From: Patescibacteria group bacterium
GTDB taxonomy: Bacteria; Bacillota; UBA4882; JAAYXC01
Direction: 5' to 3'
Length of the DNA stretch: 52,187 bases
Assembly (NCBI GenBank): GCA_050260175.1
Contig: JBLNBS010000171.1
Coordinates: 1 to 52,187, forward strand
A program made the position numbers and the translations under genes. Positions 45,198 to 52,187 of the stretch are shown one piece after another; the stretch's first letter is position 1, and each line of letters begins with the position of its first letter. Under the pieces are notes generated by a model. That model was not told the DNA's origin and ran no database searches. It worked only from the letters and a program-made list of their open reading frames with translations.

Positions 45198-47293
45198 GGC
45201 GCATCGCTCCAATCGATCATGGCATAGCTCTCAGGGCCGATCGAACGCCCCCGAAAGCTGTATGGCTTGCCGGTGTAATTGACGATGACCGCGCGCCCGC
45301 CGGCGTAAGCCGTGAGGAACACGCCGTCCGCCAGCGCGAAGTGATCGACCATGGCCAGGGGCTGCAACTCCTTTAACCGTCTCACGTATTCCCGGTATTC
45401 GGCGGCCACCCGGCCGCGCCAGAAGCGGTACGCCCCGCTGAAGAGCAGGTTGTGATCCGTGCCCTCCAGGAGTTCCACGCTACGCCAGGTGAGAAAGGCC
45501 TCGGGCACGGCACCGTACTCGATGGTCTTGAGAGACTCCTGCCTGCCGTTGCGCCTCTGGTTGATGGGTTCGAACGAGTAGCCGACCAGCCCGTGAAAGA
45601 CGAGCGGGAGCAGGGGGATCGCCTGGTCGCACAGCCGGGAACAGGTGGACGGTACCTGGTAGGCGGCGTTGACCGCGGGTGGCGCCAGATCCGAGAGCCC
45701 GATCGCGGCCGCGGGGAGCCGCGCCGCCGCCCGCGCGAGGAGGCGGGCGAGTTCGGCCGCGGCCCTTGGCGCCCCGCAGGGATGGCCCTCGTCGTGGCAG
45801 ACGGCGAGCCCGCGGTTGATGCCGTCAAAGAGCAGGCATCCCGCCCCCAGCCTCACGGCGCGGGGTAGGTCGCCGCCCAGGAACCTCCTCCCGCCCGCCA
45901 CGGGACAGAGCAGGTACTCCCCGCGTCCCGCGCCGATGTCCACGGGGATGCCCTGGATGTCCTTGACCGTGTCGCGCCGGCGGTAACCTCTGCCCCTGCT
46001 CCAGGCATACGAATTGTCGAATTCGAGCCCCACCGTGTAGCCGAGGCGCCGCCCGGCGGCGATCAGCCTGTGCAAGCCGGCGTTGCCGCCGAATGCCGGG
46101 TCGGCGGGGAAGAAGGACGGATTGTCGCCCAGGTATCCCCGCCTGCCCCAACCGCAAAGGATGACGTCGATCGTACGCAGGCCCCGGCGGTGCAGGTCGG
46201 CCAGGATCGCCTCGGCCTGGGCAAAGGTCGTGAACGAAAGGAGCCGGCTGGTCCCCTGGGCCTGGTAGCGGCGCTCGACGCCGCAGAGGAGCCGCACCCG
46301 GAACCGGGCGCGGGGTTCCCGCCGCGAACCGCCGCGGCCGGCGAGCATCAGGCGGCGGTATGCCCGGGCCAAGCCGGCATACGAGGCCTCACGGCTCGGG
46401 AGGAAGTGGTATTCCACCACGCGGTCGCCCCGGTCATCCAAAGGGCCCGCATGGAATCTGCCGAAGAGATCCACGGCCAGCTCGCGCAGGATCAGGCGCG
46501 GCGAGACGGAGAGCAGGAACTCGTTGGGCGTGACCTCGGGCCCGATCTCCGCCTGCCATCTCCCCCGGGCGACCACGCCGAGCATGGCTCCGCCTTTCCC
46601 GACCACGCCAAAGATGGGCAGGTTCATGCGCGCTCCGCCGGGATCAGCCTCGCCGGGCACGCGCAGGCTGCGCCGGCCCCGCCCCGCCTCCCAGACGAAC
46701 CGCTGGCCGTAGACCCTGACGCCCTGGTAAGCCTGGCTTTTGCGCCTGTCCGGCCTGATGACGCCGCCGCAGCCGTCGGGCAGGACGGCATAACCCTCCT
46801 CGTCCGGCTGCAGGTGGCCAAAGTAAGGGAGGACGCGGATGTCCAGGAGGGTTCCGCCGGGATCGACGATCCCGCGCACGGGGATGCGCACGCGCAAAAC
46901 CCCGCGGGGGGTCAGGACATACTCGGCCGGGAGGCGCAATCCCAGAGCGGGGAAGGAAAAATCGCACCGCACGCCCCCCTCGATGCGGCGGAAGCTTTTG
47001 CGGCAGGAAGCATCGCCCGTATAGAGCGCGATCACGCCGTCCGGCGTCAGGCGGCGCAGGATGAAGGCGGAGTCGTAAGCGGCCGCCCAAAAGTCAATGG
47101 CCGCGCCGGTCCCGGGTGAGGAGCGCCACACCCCGGTGCGGTCCGCCCCGCGCACCTCGCAGAGGCCGGTGGCGCGGTCCAGCCAGAGCGAGACATTACC
47201 TCGCGCGGCCGCCATCTCGAGCCGGGGCGCGGCGGCGCGCGGCGGAGCGGCGCAGGCGCAGGCCAGCGCGAGGAGGAACGAACCGCGAACCAC
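45194..47293 (-). CDS. DUF5696 domain protein (secreted, GH-like fold suspected)
   Basis: Signal peptide, G.VW.S.P, LPYFG, GY..LPDG.G, P.FG, SY.G.A..YR, TTF.QA..IL, GW...G, IP....V.HG...Y, IEYGA.P, VNYT. Start uncertain (47293-47330). Confidence 0.8.
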   Translation of the reverse strand: MVRGSFLLALACACAAPPRAAAPRLEMAAARGNVSLWLDRATGLCEVRGADRTGVWRSSPGTGAAIDFWAAAYDSAFILRRLTPDGVIALYTGDASCRKSFRRIEGGVRCDFSFPALGLRLPAEYVLTPRGVLRVRIPVRGIVDPGGTLLDIRVLPYFGHLQPDEEGYAVLPDGCGGVIRPDRRKSQAYQGVRVYGQRFVWEAGRGRRSLRVPGEADPGGARMNLPIFGVVGKGGAMLGVVARGRWQAEIGPEVTPNEFLLSVSPRLILRELAVDLFGRFHAGPLDDRGDRVVEYHFLPSREASYAGLARAYRRLMLAGRGGSRREPRARFRVRLLCGVERRYQAQGTSRLLSFTTFAQAEAILADLHRRGLRTIDVILCGWGRRGYLGDNPSFFPADPAFGGNAGLHRLIAAGRRLGYTVGLEFDNSYAWSRGRGYRRRDTVKDIQGIPVDIGAGRGEYLLCPVAGGRRFLGGDLPRAVRLGAGCLLFDGINRGLAVCHDEGHPCGAPRAAAELARLLARAAARLPAAAIGLSDLAPPAVNAAYQVPSTCSRLCDQAIPLLPLVFHGLVGYSFEPINQRRNGRQESLKTIEYGAVPEAFLTWRSVELLEGTDHNLLFSGAYRFWRGRVAAEYREYVRRLKELQPLAMVDHFALADGVFLTAYAGGRAVIVNYTGKPYSFRGRSIGPESYAMIDWSDAP

Positions 47294-47340
47294 GGCCCCC
47301 GGTATATTTCTTCTCAGACTTACCCGCGCCCCTTTCGTTC

Positions 47341-49308
47341 TCAGGTCGTCAAACGGTTGATGAGTTCGCGGCTCACCTCGGACAGAAAGCTCAGGAGCTG
47401 CTGATTGAGGCCGAGCAGGAACCCGAGAAAGGCCAGGATCAGGGCTGCGGCGCCAAGGGAGACGAGGCCGACGCCGGCGGCTCGCGCGAGCGTGAACTGC
47501 TGCACCCGGCGATAGAAATGGAGGCAGAGCAGGCCCACCCAGGCCAGGAGCAACCGCTGCAGCCACTGGTGGATCCAAAGTTCCTGGTAGGTCAAGAGGT
47601 GGCTCAGCACGCACAACAGCGGCCGGCCGGCGATGAGCGGCACGAGGCAGACAGCCGTGCCGGTCAGGAGCGAGGCGGTGCCCCCGGCCATACCCTGAAA
47701 AAGTTCACCCACCTTGAAGGCTGTCCAGGACCAGAGGAGGGCCAGGAAGAGCACGACACCAAGGCGCAGGAGGAAGAGCCTTGCCGAGAGGACCTGTTCC
47801 TCCCCCACGAAAAGCGGGTTCGACCAGTACCAGCTGAGGTAGTTGACGCCCGCCGCGAGGACGAGGAAGGCCAGGGCCTTGGCGGGCTTGGCATGGCGTG
47901 CCGCCTCGTCGAGCGCCGCGCCGGGCGCCCAGATGACCGCGAAATACGAGCGGCCCCCCGCGCGGCCGGCGCGGCGCCCGCGCGCGAGCAGAACGATGCC
48001 GGCCGCGCATGCCGCGGCGGCCAAAAGCAAAGCGGCCAGGGCGGCGGGCCGGTACTCTTCAAGGATCTCGCGCCTCATCCCGTACAGCGCCTGCGAGTAG
48101 CCGGACCGGTCGCCCGCCAGCTCGAACTCTGCCAGGGCCTGAAACCAGCGCCGCTGGAGGTAATGGATCTCGCCAAGGGCGAGGCGCGCCGCGGTCATCT
48201 GGTTGTCCAGCGCCAGCGCGCCGGCAAAACGCCGTTCGGCGGAGAGCAGGTCGCCGTCGAGCAGGGCCCGGTTGCCACGGTCCAGGAGGACGGCGGCGTC
48301 CGAGGGCAAAAGGACGTCCAGGGCGCCGCCCCGGCCGGAATCGAGGTAGACGCGGCCCCGGCCGTCCACGGCCAGGCTGGCGGATGAACCGGCGGAAAAC
48401 GCGCAGACCCGCCACGTGCGCCGGTCGAACTTGATCACCTGGCCCCGCCGCGCATCCAGGGCAAAGACGTTGCCCAGCCCATCCACGGCCAGGGACTGGA
48501 ACGTGCGGTCGGCGCCCCCCGCGATGCGCGCGTCGGGCACGCCCTGGTAGGTGTGGCGGACGATCTCCCCGGCGCCGTCCGGCAGCCTGACCGCGACGTG
48601 GATATAGCCCTCGCCGTCCACAAAGACGGCGAGCGGCGGGCCGTGGAGGTTCTCCGCCCTCTTGCCCAGCTTGGCAAGGGTGGCAAGGTAGTCCCCGCCG
48701 GGCCCAAAGACCTCGACCGCGGCCGCGCCCTCCAGGACGGCGTAGATGTTGCCCCGCGGGTCGGCGGCGAGATCGAGATAGGTATCGTCGTACTCCTGCT
48801 TGCGGCGCAGCCTGATCCGGCGGACGAATGCGCCGTCCCGGTCGTAGAGCCACACCAGGTTGCCGTGTCTTGGCTTGACATATACCAGGCCGCCGCCCGC
48901 CCAGAGGCTGGCCTCGTCCTGGCGCGCCTCGTCGGGCAGCGCCAGCTCGACGCGGACCGGCGGACCACCGTCGTCCAGTCGATAGAGGAGGCCGTTCCCC
49001 ACGCTGAGCACGTAGAGCCTGCCGTTGCCGTAGCAGATCTCCAGCCGCCCGTCCTCGCTGACGGGACAGTCCGGGAGGACGAGCCGCTCCTCCGCGGGGT
49101 GGTACGGCTCCCTGGCCGCCAGGGCCGGGGGGGCGAATCCCGCCGCCAGGATCAGGGCCAGGCCCAGGCATGCGGCGGCCAAGGCGGACCCGGCATGGAA
49201 TCCCGCCGGACGGGCTTTCGTGCGTGAGGCAATGCGGCGGCGGGGACATCCGGGTCCGGCCGGGCGGCCCTCCCTTTGCTCAGACGGTTTTTTACGGGTC
49301 TGTGACAT
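47341..49308 (-). CDS. NHL/beta-propeller + TPR + YIP1 membrane-domain protein
   Basis: Repeats DLAAD.RGNIY, VFVD.EGYI.V, LAVD..GNVF.LD, LAVD..GRVY; TPR-like helices with GYSQA...MR; C-terminal ~6 TM with F.G.A motif; ATG at 49308 after GAGG. Confidence 0.78.
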   Translation of the reverse strand: MSQTRKKPSEQREGRPAGPGCPRRRIASRTKARPAGFHAGSALAAACLGLALILAAGFAPPALAAREPYHPAEERLVLPDCPVSEDGRLEICYGNGRLYVLSVGNGLLYRLDDGGPPVRVELALPDEARQDEASLWAGGGLVYVKPRHGNLVWLYDRDGAFVRRIRLRRKQEYDDTYLDLAADPRGNIYAVLEGAAAVEVFGPGGDYLATLAKLGKRAENLHGPPLAVFVDGEGYIHVAVRLPDGAGEIVRHTYQGVPDARIAGGADRTFQSLAVDGLGNVFALDARRGQVIKFDRRTWRVCAFSAGSSASLAVDGRGRVYLDSGRGGALDVLLPSDAAVLLDRGNRALLDGDLLSAERRFAGALALDNQMTAARLALGEIHYLQRRWFQALAEFELAGDRSGYSQALYGMRREILEEYRPAALAALLLAAAACAAGIVLLARGRRAGRAGGRSYFAVIWAPGAALDEAARHAKPAKALAFLVLAAGVNYLSWYWSNPLFVGEEQVLSARLFLLRLGVVLFLALLWSWTAFKVGELFQGMAGGTASLLTGTAVCLVPLIAGRPLLCVLSHLLTYQELWIHQWLQRLLLAWVGLLCLHFYRRVQQFTLARAAGVGLVSLGAAALILAFLGFLLGLNQQLLSFLSEVSRELINRLTT

Positions 49309-49382
49309 GCAGCGCCTCACTGTGCACGCAAATGGCGGCGTAACGAAGCATCGTGCCATTTATCGCCTGGCCGGCTGCCTCA

Positions 49383-49412
49383 AGTATGATCCACCCGTCC
49401 GGGTTTTGTCAA
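49383..49412 (-). promoter_or_regulatory. SigA-type promoter of the NHL/DUF5696 operon
   Basis: TTGACA (49412-49407), 18 nt, CATACT. Confidence 0.55.
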
Positions 49413-49577
49413 GCGCACATAGGCTCCGGCAGGAAGAGCCGCATGGAGCTGGAAATGAAACAAGAGCCGCCGGTTCCTTTACATCCTACCATGACGCAGG
49501 TAGTAACGTCATCACCCGGCCGGAAGTATTGGGGGTAGTAACAGCCGGGCGGATCCTCCCAAGCCGATGGCGAAGGA

Positions 49578-49608
49578 GAAGCCGACGGCGCCTGAAGGAC
49601 GCCGCGAC
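49578..49608 (-). repeat. Second REP-like unit related to 592-623
   Basis: GTCGCGGCGTCCTTCAGGCGCCGTCGGCTTC versus GTAGCGCCGGTCTTCAGGCCGGCGTCGGCCTC: same CTTCAGG loop and GTCGGC tail, stem changed from CGCCG/CGGCG to CGGCG/CGCCG. Confidence 0.55.
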
Positions 49609-49662
49609 AAGTAACGAGCATCGAGTAGCGCGTAACGAGCAACGAGCAACGAGTAACGAGTA
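49607..49662. repeat. Tandem array of 8 heptamers, consensus ACGAG(C/T)A
   Basis: ACAAGTA ACGAGCA TCGAGTA GCGCGTA ACGAGCA ACGAGCA ACGAGTA ACGAGTA, ending at the sulfatase RBS. Confidence 0.85.
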
Positions 49663-49674
49663 GGAGTGATCGCC

Positions 49675-51075
49675 TTGCCGCATCCCAACATCGTCTTCAT
49701 CCTCGCTGACGACCTGGGCTGGAGGGATCTCGGCTGCTACGGCAGCACCTTTTACGAGACGCCCAACCTGGACCGGCTGGCCGCGGAGGGCGTGCGTTTC
49801 ACCGACGCCTACGCGGCGTGCCCGGTCTGCTCCCCGTCCCGGGCCAGCATCCTCACGGGCAAATACCCGGCGTCCGTGGGCGTCACGGACTGGATCGATT
49901 GGGGCTTCAACCTCCATCCCGCACGGGGCAGGCTCATCGACGCCCCCTACATCGATCACCTCCCCCTCGCGGAGACGAGCCTGGCCTCGGCCCTGCGGGC
50001 CGGCGGCTACCGCACCTGGCACGTGGGCAAATGGCACCTGGGCGGGCCGGAGTACTATCCCGAGCGGCACGGCTTTGACGTCAACCTCGGCGGCTGCTTC
50101 CTCGGCTGCCCCATGCAGGGTTATTTCAGCCCGTGGGGCATACCGAACCTGCCGGACGGCCCGGCGGGCGAGCACCTGGACGACCGCCTGACCGATGAGG
50201 CCATCCGGCTCATCCGCGGCCGCGACGGCCGGCCGTTCTTTCTCAACCTCTGGTTCTACGGCGTGCACACGCCCATCCAGGCCCGGGAGGAGGCGGTCGG
50301 GCGATTCGCGGCCAAGGCCGCGGCCATGGGCCTCGACACGGTGGAAGCATTCAGCGAGGGCGAATACTTCCCGGTCGAGCACAAAAAGCACCTACGCGTC
50401 AAGCGGCGCCTCATCCAGTCCGACCCGGTCTACGCGGCCATGATCGAGAACATCGACCAGAACGTGGGCCGCCTCCTCGCCGCGCTCGAGGAGGAGGGGA
50501 TCGCCGGCGAGACCGCCGTCTTTTTTACCTCCGACAACGGCGGCCTGGCCACGGCCGAGGGCTCGCCCACCTGCAACGCGCCCCTTGCCGAGGGCAAGGG
50601 CTGGATGTACGAGGGCGGCACGCGGGAGCCCCTGATCGTCAGATGGCCCGGCGTAACGCAACCCGGAAGCCTGCGCCGGACGCCGGTGACGAGCCCCGAC
50701 TTTTACCCCACCATCCTGGAGATGGCCGGGCTCGATCCCCTGCCCCGCCAGCACAAGGACGGCGTCAGCCTGGCCCCGCTCCTTTCCGGCGCGGACGCCC
50801 TCCCGCGGGAGGCGATCTACTGGCACTACCCCCACTACGGCAACCAGGGCGGCACGCCGGGCTCGTCCGTGCGGGCGGGGGACTGGAAGCTGATCGAGTT
50901 CTTTGAGGACGGTCGCCTCGAGCTCTACAACCTGAGGCGTGACCCGGGGGAAAAGGAGAACCTCGCGGCAAAGGAACCGGCGAGAGCGGCGGAGCTGCGC
51001 GCCTTGCTCGTCTCGTGGCGCGAGGAAGTCGAGGCCAAGCTGCCGGCGGAGAACCCGGAGTATATCACGGGATAA
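49675..51075 (+). CDS. Formylglycine-dependent sulfatase (S1, Cys-type)
   Basis: PNIVFILADDLG, CSPSRASILTG, GKWHLG, TSDNGG, GKG..YEGG; TTG start after AGGAGTG; no signal peptide. Confidence 0.95.
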   Translation: MPHPNIVFILADDLGWRDLGCYGSTFYETPNLDRLAAEGVRFTDAYAACPVCSPSRASILTGKYPASVGVTDWIDWGFNLHPARGRLIDAPYIDHLPLAETSLASALRAGGYRTWHVGKWHLGGPEYYPERHGFDVNLGGCFLGCPMQGYFSPWGIPNLPDGPAGEHLDDRLTDEAIRLIRGRDGRPFFLNLWFYGVHTPIQAREEAVGRFAAKAAAMGLDTVEAFSEGEYFPVEHKKHLRVKRRLIQSDPVYAAMIENIDQNVGRLLAALEEEGIAGETAVFFTSDNGGLATAEGSPTCNAPLAEGKGWMYEGGTREPLIVRWPGVTQPGSLRRTPVTSPDFYPTILEMAGLDPLPRQHKDGVSLAPLLSGADALPREAIYWHYPHYGNQGGTPGSSVRAGDWKLIEFFEDGRLELYNLRRDPGEKENLAAKEPARAAELRALLVSWREEVEAKLPAENPEYITG

Positions 51076-51235
51076 AGCCGCCCCAATGCAAAAGATGTGT
51101 TGCCATAGTCGAGCGATAGCCCCGGCAGATGTTCGTGCTGTTGGGCAGAACCTGCCTGCAGGAAAATGATATCGGCATGCGGAATTACGTGTGCACAAAC
51201 CGGATAGGCGCTTCTATCGCAAAGGAGGCAGTGGA

Positions 51236-52187
51236 GTGGAAAATGGATCCTATAACCCTTTCCTGGCGGCCCAGGCGCAATTTGACCATGTGGCCGCGAT
51301 CTTAGACCTCGACCGGGCTACGCGCGATCTCTTGCGGGAACCGATGCGCGAACACCACCTGACCATCCCGGTGCGCATGGATAACGGCGAGGTCAGGATC
51401 TTCAAGGGTTTCCGGGTGCAACACAACGACGCGCGCGGACCGGCCAAGGGCGGGATCAGGTTTCATCCCCAGGAGACCATCGACACCGTGCGCGCTTTGG
51501 CGATGTGGATGACCTGGAAGTGCTCTGTAGTGGACATTCCCTTGGGCGGGGGCAAAGGCGGCGTCATCTGCGACCCGCACCATCTGAGCGAGCGCGAACA
51601 GGAGCAGATCTGCCGCGGGTGGGTTAGGCAGTTGGCCAGGAACCTCGGCCCCAGCCTTGATGTGCCCGCGCCGGACATAATGACCAACGCCCAACACATG
51701 CTATGGATGCTCGATGAATTCGAGACCATCCACGGCGGCAGGTACCCCGGATTCATCACGGGCAAACCGATCGGCATGGGGGGATCGCTGGGGCGCAAGG
51801 AAGCGACGGGATTCGGCCTCATCTTTACCCTGCGCGAGACTCTAAAGGAACTCGGCCTCGATCCTCGGAATACCGTTGCCAGCGTGCAAGGTTTCGGCAA
51901 CGTGGCACAGCATGCCGTGGAGCTGTACCAGCAGATGGGCGGCCGGGTCATTGCCATCTCGTGCTGGAATCACACCGAAGGCAAAGCCTATACGTTCCGC
52001 AAGGAAGACGGCCTCGACTACCAGGCCATGGCGGCCATCACCGATACGTACGGGGGCATCGACAAGGACAAGGCCCGGGAGATCGGCTGTACTCTGCTGC
52101 CCGGCGAGGCCTGGATCGAGCAGGAAGTCGACATCCTGATCCCGGCGGCCCTGGAAAACCAGATCACCGCGGAGAACGTCAAGAAAA
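51236..52187 (+). CDS. gdhA: Glu/Leu/Phe/Val dehydrogenase (glutamate dehydrogenase); partial, runs off the window end
   Basis: Manual translation from GTG at 51236 (AAAGGAGG RBS): MENGSYNPF...RVQHNDARGPAKGGIRFHP...MTWKC....PLGGGKGG...DVPAPD...TGKP...GGSLGR.EATG...QGFGNV. Not in the ORF track. Confidence 0.95.
   Translation, partial: MENGSYNPFLAAQAQFDHVAAILDLDRATRDLLREPMREHHLTIPVRMDNGEVRIFKGFRVQHNDARGPAKGGIRFHPQETIDTVRALAMWMTWKCSVVDIPLGGGKGGVICDPHHLSEREQEQICRGWVRQLARNLGPSLDVPAPDIMTNAQHMLWMLDEFETIHGGRYPGFITGKPIGMGGSLGRKEATGFGLIFTLRETLKELGLDPRNTVASVQGFGNVAQHAVELYQQMGGRVIAISCWNHTEGKAYTFRKEDGLDYQAMAAITDTYGGIDKDKAREIGCTLLPGEAWIEQEVDILIPAALENQITAENVKK

Noticed and set aside
51120-51200. Sigma-54 promoter upstream of gdhA
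   Set aside because: GGCA is present but GC is not at the required GG-N10-GC spacing. The nearby GGCAG..CTGCC dyad alone is insufficient.

Overview
A GC-rich bacterial chromosomal window. The gpr gene near rpsT, a PyrR attenuator and GGAGG ribosome-binding sites point to an endospore-forming Bacillota; a CsgG-like protein and a membrane-fusion protein hint at a diderm envelope (inference). From left to right it holds: (1) the 5' half of an IS110-family recombinase gene, missing from the ORF track, with a ~100-nt structured left end (bridge/seekRNA candidate), inserted right after the GTAG of a REP-like palindrome; (2) sbcDC; (3) a secreted DUF362 protein; (4) an 11-gene minus-strand cluster joining polyol/sugar genes (MFS, DeoR, PfkB, MtlD-like, Zn-ADH) to a complete acetoin/2-oxoacid dehydrogenase complex with lipB and lipA; (5) SDR, wHTH, GGDEF, SPFH and PyrR-controlled uracil permease genes, the last two bracketed by two copies of an unannotated 109-bp structured element; (6) an NTP transferase, gpr, a holin-like gene, a CsgG-like gene and rpsT; (7) a glycan-utilisation region (DUF4838, DUF4091/GH123-like, GH4, GH3-PA14, sulfatase) around an unusual NHL-TPR-YIP1 / DUF5696 / YIP1-like / MFP / MacB-like / two sugar-ABC-permease operon; (8) the start of a glutamate dehydrogenase gene. 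Heptamer arrays, MITE-like elements, one frameshifted gene and two gene remnants are also visible. I found no rRNA, tRNA or CRISPR array. All family calls come from motif recognition by eye, not database searches.
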